NCBI RefSeq assembly: GCF_009914755.1
Contig: NC_060929.1
Strand: one strand, 5' to 3'
From: the human T2T-CHM13v2.0 reference genome, Homo sapiens
DNA length: 64,000 nucleotides
The translations under genes were made by a program, and so were the position numbers. This document shows, in pieces, positions 15,044 to 29,994 of the stretch. The notes beneath the pieces are model-generated. The model ran no database searches and had not been told where the DNA came from. It was given only the letters and a program-made list of their open reading frames with translations. The stretch's first letter is position 1. Every line of letters begins with the position of its first letter.

Positions 15044-16077
15044 TCACCACATGAGCTGTCAGTGGCTAGCCCTAATCCCAGTCTGCTACCACATAATCAC
15101 AAAAGCCTGAATCACTGGTGTGGCTGAGGCCTGCTCACTCCTGTCTCAAGGACCCTAAACCCTCCTGTGGCCTCTTTCCTGCCCTCAACTGCCCTGCTAG
15201 TGTCAGCTCCAGTTGCAGCTCTGATCTCCCCTTCCCTTCAGTAGACACCAGCATTTGAACTTGCTAGTCAGCCCTGCCTTGTGGCCCTGCAGTACACTGC
15301 CCTGGGACTCTTACCCACCACAAGGAGGCCAGGGCACTCATTCCTCCAAAGGTCCTGACTACCTCATTCCACATCAAACCTATTCCACACACCCACATCC
15401 CACATAAATACATTTTAAACTTGACCACACAAGAACATGGCTGAACTTCAGTTGACTATGACTATGACATACTGTTAACATTTACTATATTTAGTATTTA
15501 CATTTTTTATAGCTTTCTATATTTTTTTCATGTTTCAAACATTTGCATAAACCTGTGAGAAGCTTGATAATCCCTGAGCTTCTAGTGCCTGAAAAACAGA
15601 GCAACTTGGCCATAGCCTCTAGTAAGAGGGCTCTCACCCACAAACACACACACATACGCACACACACACACACATTTATATGCTCACGCACAGAGGGATT
15701 CACATGCATACGCAAGCGTGTGGATCTGGCCTTTCACATGAGAAGGAGGAGGTTCTGTCCTTTGTCCTCTGGCTCTGCCCTTAATCTTGACTCTGAACCA
15801 GAGCCTGATATTGACTTTGGACCAGGCTCTGGCCTTATTACTTACTCTGACCCTGAACCAGCTAGTTGCAGACTTGGAATCAGGAAGATGTCTACCTCTA
15901 TCATCTGTAGAAATCAGAGCCCATGGGAGAAGGGATGGCTTGGACAGTACATCTTCTTGGCTGAAGAGTGAATGATCAAGGTGGTGAAGGTGGAAAGATG
16001 GCTTCCTCAAACTGGCTGGGTCGTTAGATGCTGTCATTGGTGGCTGCAATTTTGGGGGCAAGTACTGCCCTCTCACC

Positions 16078-16151
16078 CCAGTGGTCACCCAACAGCTGTA
16101 GGCCAGGTTGACACCAGTGGTCACCCAACAGCTGTAGGCCAGGTTGACACC
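16078..16151. repeat. Perfect 36-bp tandem duplication
   Basis: CCAGTGGTCACCCAACAGCTGTAGGCCAGGTTGACA at 16078-16113 and 16114-16149. Confidence 0.95.
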
Positions 16152-16307
16152 CTGCCCTCATCAAGTTCTGGAATTTTCTCTGCACTCTCTCCTGGGGCAC
16201 CAACAGCTATTTTTGTCCCAGGGCAAAGGTGTGTGAGGCCTTCTGGGAGAATCTTTTTAGGGGAGCTGCTTCCTTCTTGTCCAGAGCTGTAGTTGCAAAA
16301 ATGAGGT

Positions 16308-16326
16308 TGGCCACCAGAGGGTGCAT
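16308..16326 (+). promoter_or_regulatory. Candidate CTCF site
   Basis: TGGCCACCAGAGGGTGCAT, close to consensus TGGCCACCAGGGGGCGCTA. Confidence 0.5.
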
Positions 16327-17995
16327 GGAGCTCAACAGGGCTCACTCAAAGGAGCAGCCCCAGCCTTGCTCAAAAAGCCCCTCCACTTGGTGCCCCATCC
16401 TTCCAACCTGCCAAGGTTTAGCTGAGACCTGTGACTAGGCCTGCATAATCATGAGCAACGGGAAGGGAGAGATGTTTTCCAGGCCCTGGGGAATGACTCC
16501 AATGCTGGGACCTCCACTGGCTGAGGAGGCAGGGAGGATATTGGGAAGACCCCAGATCCTTTCCTCAGCCCATAGTGATCAGGGGCCTTCATGGTCAGCT
16601 AAGTTGACTTGTAGCCTTGGGAAGCCTCAGGCTGTGGAAGCCTCAGGCCATAGGAGCCAGTAGCCCTAAGGAAACACCAAGGACTAGTAATGCAGTGAAG
16701 TTAGGAAAGGAGATGGGGAGACCTTGAACTCTGAACATACCCAGAATATCCTGGCTCTGTGGAGAGGAGCTCCTGGAGGAGAAGAGCCAGAGAAGCAGGA
16801 TGGGCAGTCCTCATCTGGGTTTCTATGATGCTCTGGGATGCTTCTGTGATTGGACAACTAATTTATGGAGCACTCTCCCTGTACCAAGTGTTACCTAACA
16901 CTTGACAGATGTCATCTGCTTACCCTTCCAGATCTCCTCTCCTGTCTCCTCTTTCCCCTGCTCTGCGCCCTGACTGCTGACCTATATGGATAGCATCAAC
17001 AGGTTCACCTGCCCTGCAGCTTCTGGTTGGGTTCAACCAATGGGGAGTAGCAGGAAAAGATCAGTAGGGAAGAGGAGATGGACTTTGAGGAAGCTGTCTG
17101 CAGCCTAGACATGAAGGCCTGGCTCTATGACCTGTCAAGCCTCAGCACTGCCTTTGAAGGAGAAGACCAGCTGCCTTGGTCATGCTGAAGTGTGGCAAGC
17201 AGGGTTTCCATACTTGGTCACTCAGCCTAGGGCTTCAGGAACCCTCTACACCCTCACTTACTCACATTCAGTCAGTCAACAGACATCCCCTGACACCTCC
17301 CTTGTGTCCAGTCCTGGGTACCCAGGGACACAGAGATGAGTCAGAAAAACACCCTGCCTGCATGGAGCTCATGTTGTTTTTTGTTTGTTTGTTTGTTTGT
17401 TTTGTTTTATGGGGGGAGAGGAGGCACAGATGAAGAAATTGACGGTGAATCGCAGAGGCTGAGGGAGACTACAGAAGGGGAGACTCACTTGCCGAGTGGT
17501 CAGGTAGGAGGATGAGGTGTGGGTCTCCCTGCATAGTCAGCCAGGGGAAGTGTTGGAGGTCTGGGAGAATGGTATTGCAGCAGAGGAGATAGAATGAGCA
17601 AAGCCTGGGAGAGGGAATGGCTCATTCCCACGGAGACCTACGGTGGCCAGGCAGGGCCTCATCCCTCTCTGGGCCTTGCTGTGTTTAGGAAGTAGAGGGA
17701 AGTGCCTAATGAGAGAGTATACACCCCACCACCATTGGGACTGGGCTGGGGGTATCAACAGTAAACAGCATCTCTCCCCAGTGGTGACAAACACAGATGA
17801 TACTTCCAGCAGAGCAGAGGCCTCCCAGAGCCATGGACAGCAGAAGTAGCAATGGGTGGCAGGGCAGAGCTGTCAGTCTGGCTCAGAGGCAGAGGATTGT
17901 TGCAGAACACACTGAGGTGACCCCCAGGAAATGCTCTGAGATCAGTGGGGTGGAGGGGGCCAAATTGACATGGGTGTAAAAAGTAAATCAGCTCC

Positions 17996-18403
17996 TTCTG
18001 TGGATTGAATTGCATAGCCTCAAAATTCATATGTTGAAGCCCTTACCTAAATGTGACTGCATTTGGAGATAAGACCTATAAAAAGGTTAATAAAGCTGAT
18101 AAAGGCTAAGTGAGGTCGCAGGGGTGAAGACTTACTTGAATAGGACTGGTGTCCTTGTAAGAAGAGGAAGAGACAAGAGAGTTGTATCTCTCCACATTTG
18201 CACAAAGATGAGGCCATGTGAGGACATAGCAAGAAGGTGGCCATCTATCTACAGGCCAGGAAGAGAGGCCTCACCAGGAACCCACCCTGATGACACCTTA
18301 ATCTTGAACTTCCGGCCTCCAGAACTATGAGAAAATGAATTTCTATTGTTTAAGCCACTCAGGCTGTGATATTTTGTTATGGCAGCCTTAGCACACTAAT
18401 GCA
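17996..18403 (+). mobile_element. Full MLT1A-type solo LTR
   Basis: Starts TTCTGTGGATTGAAT...AAAATTCATATGTTGAAG, ends CACTAATGCA; near-TSD GCTCC/TCTCC. Confidence 0.88.
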
Positions 18404-18689
18404 TCTCCCCAGTTTATTGTCACAAGCCCCCAAGGCCAAACACACAGGTCACCCTGGAAGCCCTCTTTGATTTGGGGAACCAATAGTGGCATGCAGAGAG
18501 AGGAAGAAGGAATGCATGAATGGGTTCCATGTGTGACCTGCAATTGGTATGCCCTGCTCCATAAACTAGGGGTGCGAATATGAGCCCATCTTCTATACAC
18601 TGGAAAGCTATTAATAGTATCTCCCTCTTCGGGCCTCACGAATCCCCACTAGCAGGGGTAGAGAGGCATGGGCAGCCAGTGTGCTTTTG

Positions 18690-19856
18690 TTTAAAAACTT
18701 ACTTATTAAGATACAGTTAACATACAGTAAACTAAACATGTCTGAATATACAGCTCAATGTGTTTTGCTTACATATAAATTCACATAATTACCTCCCACA
18801 TAAAAATATAGACTATTTCCAGAATACCAGAGGGCTTCCATGTACCTTTTCATAGTCAGTAAACTCTCCCAAAGTTAAGCACTATTTTTTCTTTGTTCAC
18901 TTTTGATTAGTTTTGTCAGATTTTGAACTTTATAAAAGTGAAGTTATACAATATATATTCTTTCGGGTCGGCTTCTTATACTCCACATTATGGTTGTGAT
19001 ATCCATCTATCTTGTTTGTAATAGTTCCTCATTCTTTTTCATTGCTATGTGGTATTCCATTGTTTGAATATAACACAATTTATCCATTTTTGTTGATGAA
19101 CATTGGGTTGTTTTTAGTCATGTTAAATAAAACTGTTTTGTATATGTTTGCACATGTCTTTTGGTGGGCACAAGCACTTATTTAAATATAATAAAAATCC
19201 AGGAGTGAAATTCCTAGGTCATAAGACATGCATATATTGAGCTATTGTAGATATTACCATTTTTCTAAATGGATGAACAAAATTACATTCCCAATGGCAA
19301 TGAATGAGAGTTCCAGTTGCTTCATATCTTTGTCAACATTTGTTATTGTTAGCTTTTCCAATTTCAGTCATTTTGGTGGGTGTGTAGCAATATCTCATTG
19401 CAATTTAAAAGAACATTTCCCTGGTGATATTGAGCATCTTTTTAGGTGTTTATTAGTTATTTCTTGTGACATGACTGTTCAAGTCCTTGTCCATTTTCCT
19501 ATTGGGATTTCTGCATTTTCCTCACTGAATTGTAGAAGTCTATATATTTTCTCCATATGAGTTTGTTGTTGGATATATGTATTGCAAATATTCCCTCTCA
19601 ATCTGTGCTTTGGCTTGTTCATTCTCCTAATAGGATCTTTTGATAAATAAAAGTTCTTAATTCTTACAAATCCAACATATTAATCTTTTATATTTTGGCT
19701 AGTGCTTTCTATGTCCCATTTAAGAAATGTTTCCCTACCCAGAGGTCATGAAACTATGCTTCCATGGTTTCCTTTAGAAGCTTGATTGTTTCATAGTTCA
19801 GTCTATGATCCATCTTAAATTAATTTTATGTGTGGTACAATGAGGAATCAAGGTTC
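18690..19856 (-). mobile_element. Old L1 (L1M-type) 3' region
   Basis: AT-rich L1 3' motifs TTCATTGCTATGTGGTATTCCATTGT, GATATTGAGCATCTTTT, TCTATGATCCATCTTAAATTAATTTT. Confidence 0.8.
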
Positions 19857-20179
19857 AAATGGCACCGGACAGGTAGAGGTCACATTTACATAATAAAAGA
19901 TTAAGGTGGGATGGCCAATTTCTTCTCGGGCTATGTAACCATTTACACCTGGTCAAACCAATCCCCTGGCCCCTGTGTAAATCAAACACCGCCTCCTCAA
20001 GCCTCTCTATAAAATGGATCGCATCCCACCTGCCCTGTATGAGAAAGCTCACTCTCTCTTCTTTTTTGTCTATTAAACTTTCCCCTCCTTAACCTGCTTC
20101 ACGTGTGTGTGTCTGTGTTGTTAATCTTCTCAGTGCAAGACGAACCTAGGGTATTTCCCCAGACAATGAAGCCACTTCA
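19857..20179 (+). mobile_element. ERV1-class LTR, 3' portion only
   Basis: CCAAT, TATAAAA, ATTAAA and terminal GGGTATTTCCCCAGACAATGAAGCCACTTCA; subfamily not assigned. Confidence 0.7.
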
Positions 20180-20777
<598 letters not shown>

Positions 20778-22043
20778 TTTCAAATCCTGTATCATGTTTT
20801 TGATTTATTTAAGTAGGACTTCACTTTTCTCTGGTACCTCCTTGATTAATTTAATAATCGACCTTCTGAATTCTTTTTCTGGCAATTCAGAGATTTTGTC
20901 TTGGTTTGGATCCATTGCTGGTGAGCTGGTATGATCTTTTGGGGGTGTTAAAGAACCTTGTTTTGTCATATTACTGGAATTGTTTTTCTGGTTCTTTCTC
21001 ATTTAGGTAGACTATGTCAGAGGGCAGGTCTGGAATTCAAGGGCTGTTGTTTAGATTATTTTGTCCCATGGGGTGTTCCCTTGATGTGGTGTTCTCCCCC
21101 TTCCCCTAGGAATGGGGCTTCCTGAGAGCTGAACTGTAGTGATTGTTTTTGCTCTTCTGGGTCTAGCCACCTAGCTGAGCTACTGGGCTACAGGCTGGTA
21201 CTGGGGAGTGTCTGCAGAGTCCTGTGATATGATCCATCTTCAGGTATTGCAGCCATGGATACCAGCACCTGCTCCTGTGGAGGTAGCAGGGGAGTGAAAT
21301 GGACTCTGTGAGGGTACTTGGTTTTGTGTTGGTTGGCCTCCATGCAGGAGGTGGTGCTTTCAAGAGCACATCTGCTGCAGTCCTATAAGGAGAATGCAAA
21401 TTTGCCCTAGGGACACCTGGTTAAGACGGTGGGCAGGGCCATAGAGCTCCCAAGAGATTATGACCTTTGTCTTTGGCTACCAGGGTGGGTAGAGAAAGAC
21501 CATCAGGTGGGGGCAGGGATATGCATTTCAGAGCTCAGCCTCTCTTTGGCCAGGGCTTGCTGCAGCTGCTGTGGGGGATAGGGGTGTTGTTCCCAGTCCG
21601 ATGGAGTTATACTCCCGGGGGTGATTGTGGCTGCCTCTGCTGAGTCATACAGGTTTGCCAGGGAAGTGGGAGAAAGCTGGCAGTCACAGGCCTCACCCTG
21701 CTCCTGTGCAACCCACAGTCCTAAAGGCCAATCTCACTCCCACCATGGCCCCACAACAGTACTGAGTCTATTTCCAGGTAGCCAGTGCCCAGGGCTGAGA
21801 ACTTGTCCCAGACCATGACCCTCCCTGCTGAGAAAACATGCAGACTCACAGTTTTTTTGCATCTCGAGGAGCCTGCAGTAGTGATCCAGTTCCTTCAAAG
21901 GGTCTGTGGATTCTCTTGGCTTTCCTGGTATGTTCCTGCAGTAGTTCTTGGAGCAAAAGTTCAGGATGTGAGTCTCCACACACTGCTCTGTTTGTCTGAG
22001 CAGGAGCTGCAAGCTAGTCCTGCCTCCTATCTGCTATCTTTAT
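20778..22043 (-). mobile_element. L1PB-like 5'UTR and start of ORF1
   Basis: Minus strand begins AAGATAGCAGATAGGAGGCAGGACTAG; ORF 20805..21002 MRKNQKNNSSNMTKQGSLTPPKDHTSSPAMDPNQ resembles the L1 ORF1p N-terminus. Confidence 0.8.
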
Positions 22044-22644
22044 CAGTATTCTGGCAATTCTATATTTAAATTCTCTAGCTTTTCATCTTTTTTTTTTTTT
22101 ACTTTCCCTCTATTTTCTTGAACATTTTCATCATAATTATTGGAAGTCTCTCATTTCTGAAACACCTGTGGGTCTATTTCCATTGTCTGCCTTTTCTCTT
22201 GATTTTTAGTCATTTGGCCCTGTTTTTTTGTTTGTGTTTTGTTTTGTTTTTTAGCATGTCTCATACTTCTCTATTAGATGACACACATTTTGGATGAAAA
22301 GTTGGAAAGTCTCTGGGTGATGTTGTATTCATCCAGGAAGAGAGAATTAAGTTGACTTCTGGAAGGCAGAGTACCAAATAAATACCCTACTCCTGTCAAG
22401 GCTTTGGTTTATGTCATGGTTTGGCTGGTGTGGTTCTTTTTTGTCCTAGGACATATCTCTTATTCCTAGGATGTGACCCTCTCTCCTAGTGTGTGACCCT
22501 TCTGGGACTTAGCAGAACACCTACGCATTTACCAAGGCCTCTCTACCTTGATAGAAGTTGAATTCCAATTTGTCTCCCCAACACTTTAAGACTACTACAA
22601 TTTGCTCAGTTCTTTAGCCTGATAGGCTAAAAGTAGGCCAATAG

Positions 22645-22939
22645 GGTGGGCATGGTGATTCATGCCTGTAATCCCAACACTTTAGGAGACCCAGGCTGGA
22701 GTATTGCTTGAGCCCAGGAGTTCAAGCCCAGCCTGGGCAACATAGTGAGACCTCATCTCCACAAAAAAATAAGCAAAGTCAGCCAGGCATGATTGCATGT
22801 GCCTGTAGTCCCAGCTACTTGGGAGGCTGACGTGGAAGGATGGCTTGAATCCAGGAGGTTGAGGGAGGCTGCAGTGAGCCAAGATCACACCACTACACTC
22901 CAGCCTGGGCAACAAAGCAAGACCCTGTCTCAAAAAAAA
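22645..22939 (+). mobile_element. Alu (AluJ-like)
   Basis: TTGCTTGAGCCCAGGAGTTCAAG and GAGGCTGCAGTGAGCC diagnostic segments. Confidence 0.9.
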
Positions 22940-23609
22940 GCCAATAAAGTTGGAGGAATTTGCATGCAATTATTGGGCTCCTTCTCTCTTCTTTCCTACC
23001 TTCTGGAATTTTCCTTCTTAATTTCCATCTTCTTCGGCAGCCCTGAACTCTGACCTTTGTATCCTCAGTCTGGTAAGACTGATGCTTTCTGCTTGGTCCC
23101 TATTCCCTCAAGTAACAATGTGTGAAATGCCCCTAGGGAAAAAGCAAAGGTAAATGTGGAACTCACTACACATTATTCCCTTTTCTCCAGGATCACAACT
23201 CCTCAATTCTTAGCTGTATTGGTTGTTCTCAAATGCCTTCAAATAGTTGTTTTATACATTTTGTCCAACTTTTATAGTTGTTTTCAGCAGAAGGATAAGT
23301 CTGACACAACCTGCTATAGTGGCCAGAACTGTACATTTTATTCAGTCCAATTCTGATGCCAGGTTAGAAAGAACTACAGCAGGGTATGCTCAACTGGCCC
23401 AGCTGCTTTGAGATGAAGCTCAGACTCTTAGACATTTATGACATCAGATCCACATCTTGAATTAAGGGTCCCTATTTTCTTTTCCTTTTCTTTCTTCTTT
23501 TAGTTTTCAAACTTTCCTTAGGTTCCAACCATAACTGATAAGTTGGTAATAAACTTCCCTCCCCACTGTAAACAACCATAAAACTCGAAATATTTATAGC
23601 CAGTGATTA

Positions 23610-24062
<453 letters not shown>

Positions 24063-25435
24063 TCATAGATAGCAGACGCTGAGGTGGCTGAAATTTGTGG
24101 GATAAGGTATCAAAGAAGAAGGAGCTACACAAAGAAGGAGCTCTGGAAAGCTATACAGAGGTGCTCCTGAGGCTTTGTCTAAGCCTCACATGCAGAGCAA
24201 GATTCCATAAGGCCTAGTGGATTAAAAACAACAACCAAACAAACAAACAAACAAAAAACACACAAAAAAAACTTCTCTGGGTCTAAGAACTAAGTGGGGA
24301 TTCTAGAGGGCTCATGATTCTGAGATCTGTTCTGATCAACAAGGTGAAAAGACTTTGTTGAACACCCTGAGCACTCAATGAAAACCCAAGAAAGTCCACG
24401 CTTTAAGAATAGGGCTACTCTGTGCCTGTAATACGCAGTATCTTAGACCTGCCATAATAAAGCCTAAAACCAAGCCTCAGGCTCAAATTGAGCCTCTAGT
24501 GAATTTACTATCTAATAAAACAAACTCAACACTCTTTAAACATGATCCAAACTCTTAACAATGAAGTATTCACAATTCCTAATATACAGTCAAACATTAC
24601 TAAACATATGAAGAAGCAGGAAAATATGATTCATAACCAGGACAAAAAATAATCAACAGAAATAGATCCAGAGGTAACACAGATATTGGAACTAGCAGAT
24701 GAGGACTTTAAATAGCTATTATAAATATGTTAAAGAAGTTTAAATTACAAGATAGAGATAATAAATGAACAGATGAGCTATCTCAGCAGAGAAATGAAAA
24801 CTATAAAAAAGGAGCTGAATGAAAATTCTAGAATTGAAAAATACAATATACAAAATGGAAAATGTACTAGATAAACTTATGAGTAGACTGGATGCTACAA
24901 ATGAAAAGATCAATGAACTTGAAGTCAAGACTATGGAAAACATCTAAAAGTAAAAGGACTGAAAAATACAAACACAGCCTCAACAAAGTGACCTTGAAAC
25001 AGTATCATGTAATCTAATATATACATAAAATTGGAGTCCCAGAAGGAAAGGGGAGAAAGAGATTGGGGCAAAAAAAATTCTTTTAAATGGTAAATGAAAT
25101 TCTATATTTGATTTAAAAAATTATTAATACACCATCCCAAGAAGCTGGGGTTTTAAAACTCCAAAGAAGATAAAAACAAGGGAACTACATCTAGGAACAT
25201 CATAGTCAAAATCTTAAAACCAAATAGAACATCTTAGAAGTGATAAAAGAATATAGGCACATTACATAAGGGAAACAACGATTAGAATCACCATTTATTT
25301 CTTAGCAGGAGTAATGCAAGACAGAAAACAATAAAATTATAGGAATTATATATTAAATATTAAATAATCTATGAGAAAAAAAAAGCAACCTAGTATTCTA
25401 TATCCAGAGAAGTTATCTTTAAAAGAGGAATGAGA

Positions 25436-25746
25436 GGCTGGGCACGGTGGCTCACACCTGTAATCTCAGCCCTTTGGGAGCCTGAGGCGGATGGAACAGC
25501 TGAGGTCAGGAGTTCCAGACAAGTCTGGCCAACATGACAAAACCCCGTCTCTACTAAAAATACAAAAATTAGCTGGGCGTGGTGGCAGGTGTCTGTAATC
25601 CCAGCTACTAGGGAGGCTGAGGCATGAAAATCACCTGAACTCGGGAGTCAGAGGTTGTAGTGAGCCAAGATCGTGCCACTGCACTCCAGCCTGGGGGATA
25701 GAGCAAGGCTCTGTCTCCAAAAAAAAAAAAAAAAAAAACAAAAAAA
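25436..25746 (+). mobile_element. Alu (AluS-like)
   Basis: Full dimer with long A tail. Confidence 0.95.
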
Positions 25747-25850
25747 GGTTGGGGGACAGGGTGGGGAATGAAAAATAAAAATACTTCGGGATCTTAAAAA
25801 AATGCTGACAGAATTCATCACCAGTCCGTCTGTACTACCGGAAATGTTAA

Positions 25851-26170
<320 letters not shown>

Positions 26171-26736
26171 TAAAGGAAGTTCTTAAGGCTGAAGGGAAAT
26201 AAGCCATTTCTCTGCTGAGGTGGCTCATTGATACCTGTTGGAAATTCAGCTCTAAACAAAAGAACAAGTGCTACCAGTAAACCTAACAAGTAAATAGAAA
26301 ATAGGTTTTCTTGTTTTTTAAATTACTTAAAAGACAGTTGACTGTTTAAAGCAAAAATAATGAGTATTTATTATGGAGTTTATAGCAAATACAGAGGTAA
26401 ACGCACAACAACATTAGCAAAAAAGAAGGGAGAAGTAAATGGAAGTGTATTATTGTAAGGTTCTTACATAAGAAGCAGTATTTGTCCTTCTGTTGTCTTT
26501 ATTTTCCTTTTTATTATCTTCATTTTTCTAATTACAAACAGTAAAATTTATTTATATGAAATTAAAACACTGTACAAATATATAACTCAGAAAAAGTAAA
26601 TGTCCCAAAATACCATCCCCAGAAACAAAAACTACCAACAGTTTGCAGCATATTTCTCTGATTTTTGAAATCTATATGTAACAGGAAAACATATTTCAAG
26701 TATTTATCTTCACGAAAGAGATGTTTCTCACCTCAA

Positions 26737-27107
26737 GTCTTAGTCTGCTTCAAGTTACTATAACAGAATACCAATAGCTGAGTAATTTATAAAGAAAAGA
26801 AATTTATTTCTCAAAATTCTGGAAGCTGAGAAGTCCAATATCAAGGTGCCAGCATCTTTCAAGGGCCTTCTTGCTGCATTATTCCATGGCAGAAGGCTAG
26901 AGGGTGAGAGAGACAAAGGGGGACCGAGCTCCTCCTTCACAAGGACACATTCCCACAATAACAAACCCACCTCTGTTGGCATTAATCCATTGGGGGCAGA
27001 GCCCTCATGACCTTATCACCTCGTAAGAGCCCACCTCTCAACACTGTTGCATTGTAGATTAAGTTTCCAACACATGAACTCTGGGGGACACATTCAAACC
27101 GTAGCAC
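26737..27107 (-). mobile_element. MaLR (MST/MLT1-type) solo LTR
   Basis: GTAATTTATAAAGAAAAGAAATTTATTTCTC...AAGGTGCCAGCATCT...GGGGGACACATTCAAACCGTAGCA. Confidence 0.85.
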
Positions 27108-27199
27108 CATGATTATAAAAATATTAATCTATATATTTTTTTACCAGTCATTTCTGGTAAAGCATATGAGTAGTTTATAAAAGCATTCACATTGGGAAA

Positions 27200-28440
27200 A
27201 TTAAAATATATAGATCATGAATCCATTTGGGATTTACTTTATAATGTGGGAAATTATATAGCATATAGAATTATAGCCTTATTTTTTATGCATAATAGTA
27301 AATGGCCCCAACATGAGTTATTGAGTAAACTACCTTTTATTCCCTGAATTAAAATGTTTTCTTTATCTCATGCTATGGACTCTCTTTTGTTCCACTAACA
27401 TATTCGTCTTTTCCTATGCTGCTATCACATTCTTAATTATTTTAGCTCTATTGCATACTTTGATACTTATAGGGCAAATCTTACTTTATTAGTCTCTTAA
27501 TCCAATATTTGTGGGTTTTTTTCATACTTACTTTTCAGTTGATCCTTAGAATCATCTTGTCAATTCCTCCCACCCAAACAAATTTTGTTTGGAATTGCAT
27601 TGAATTTACTAATAAATTAAAAATATTGATTTTTCTAGAAACATGACATATGCCTGCATACCTTTTGTCTTCTTTTAAATCTATCCTAGATCAAAGTTCA
27701 TAGGCCCTTTGTTCTCACCACCACTAGGATAAGAAAAAGGAAATAAAAAAGAAAAAAGTTTATAGGCTTTTGATGTACTCAAAATTCATTTCTAGATATT
27801 TTTAATGTTTCACCATTATCGTGAATGGTAAATTGTTTTCATCACATTTTCCAATCAGTTGTGACTTAGCACTCTTAAAAGCTATTAAAATCTATATACA
27901 TATATTAATTTATTCTACTCTGCTCCCTCCTACTGGATTCTCCTACTGGTCATAATCATTTTTCAATTGATTCTCTTGGATATTATGAAAGGAAAATCAT
28001 AATATCTGCAAATAATGATCATTTTGACTCTATTACTTACTTCCTTTACTTCTCCCTTATTTCTTCTTTTCACCCTATTGTCCTGGTTAGGACTTCCAGA
28101 GCAACACTGAACAACAGTAGTGAAGAGGACATTGGATTCTCCCATTAATAGAACTTCCTAGACTGTTAAATCTAATGCTGGCTTTTGGTTTTTTATATCT
28201 GTTCTTTAAAATGTTAAGAACATTTCCTCTCTTCATGGTTTTCTAACTTTTATCGTGTGAATGGCTGATGAATTTTGTCAATGCCTTTTGAGATAATTAC
28301 AAGATTCCTTTCTTCTTTTAATCTAATGTATTAATCATTACGTTTTATATTAAATCAAGCTTGTAATTTGAAAAAGAATCCCCAAGGTGGTAATAGTGTT
28401 TCAATATATTATGGGAGCCAATTTGCTATATTGACAATTT
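27200..28440 (-). mobile_element. Old L1M ORF2 fragments
   Basis: GGAATTGCATTGAATTT, ATCATAATATCTGCAAATAATGA, TAGGACTTCCAGAGCAACACTGAA. Confidence 0.7.
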
Positions 28441-29829
28441 ACAGGGGGCCACCATTTTCTTAAAGGGGATATATTGGTGTTAGGATAACAGATCTTCACA
28501 AGGATTGTGGAAGCTCTCCATCTCTCTCTGGCTCTGGAACACCATGGTTCTCTGAGGGAGAATGCTTGTGCACCCTCTCTGGGCCAACAATGCTTCATGC
28601 TTGAATGCCCAATGTCACAGCTCTCCGCAGTCAGCTTGTCTTAATCCTACACACAGCTACTTCTCAGGGACTGCTGGTCCTAGAGCCTTAGGTGGGGCCT
28701 TTTCCAACACTGTGTGCACTTCAAGCCCAGATCCGCCATTTTCTCTTCATCTTCCCTGGGATGAGACAGCTTCTTGTTTAACTCTCCACACATAGAAGTT
28801 CTCATTATACATTCTCTTAGAGCTCCTGGTTTCTCCTGCAGGAGAGGCACAGACTCCGTTGTTCCTAAGCAAGCCTATCTTCCCATTAATATGGTGATTT
28901 CACAGGGGGCAAACAATTTGATCAGGCATCCTCTTGCTGGAAGCTCAAGTCCTGTGAATGCTCTTACCATTGCGGGTGGGTATGAGAGATGCAGGGTGTG
29001 AGGATTTCAGTCCCACTCCCAATGAAAGCTCTGCCTCCAACTCCACACTGCTGATCCTGAATCTACACAGCTATGGACCTAGTCTTGGGAGGGGAAGTGA
29101 GAAAGAATTTTGATTTTCTTAGAAGCCAAGAAAATAGCCACCCAGGACATGAGGCTGACTCATGGGCCCTGCTCCAATCCATTCTCTCAAGAGCCTCCAG
29201 CAACCTCAGCCCAGCTTCACCCTCACAGGCCTGGATCTGGCTCTTCCGACTTTAATCCCTATGGCCCCCTGCACCTGGATTCCCAGACCTCTCGGCCAGC
29301 TGGCAGCTACTGGACTCGGCGACATGGCTCTGCCTGACTCTCCCAGCAACACAGGCGGCCAGGCTCATACCCAGTGGCCACAGCTGGCGTCCTATGGCCA
29401 GGCCTGGAGGTGAGGTCAGCCTGAACAGTCCCCGCCAGCCTGTGACTCAGTCACCACTGGGCAGTGCTGGGCACCACGGGGCAGGGCACTTCACCAAGAC
29501 CAATCAGTGACTAAAGGAGCTGGCACTGCAGGGGAGAGGGCCAATCGTAAGAGATAGAAAGGATGGGGCAGGGAGGATAGGCTAGCGACAGGCCTATGCT
29601 AGCCAGACTCCTGAGGAGAGCTTCACCACCTCTGCCAATCTGAATCACAGCCCCCAGGACCCCTCAGGATCAAGAGACAGAGGTCTAATCTATACCAGTG
29701 AGAAAATCATGGGCATCAGGAGTTATGGGGGTCCCTCCTGAGACGAAGAACCAGGAAGACTGGAATTTAAATCTTTGAAGTTATTTCCAAATGAGGCTAT
29801 CCATTTTAAATATGTATTATAAAGACTTA

Positions 29830-29994
<165 letters not shown>

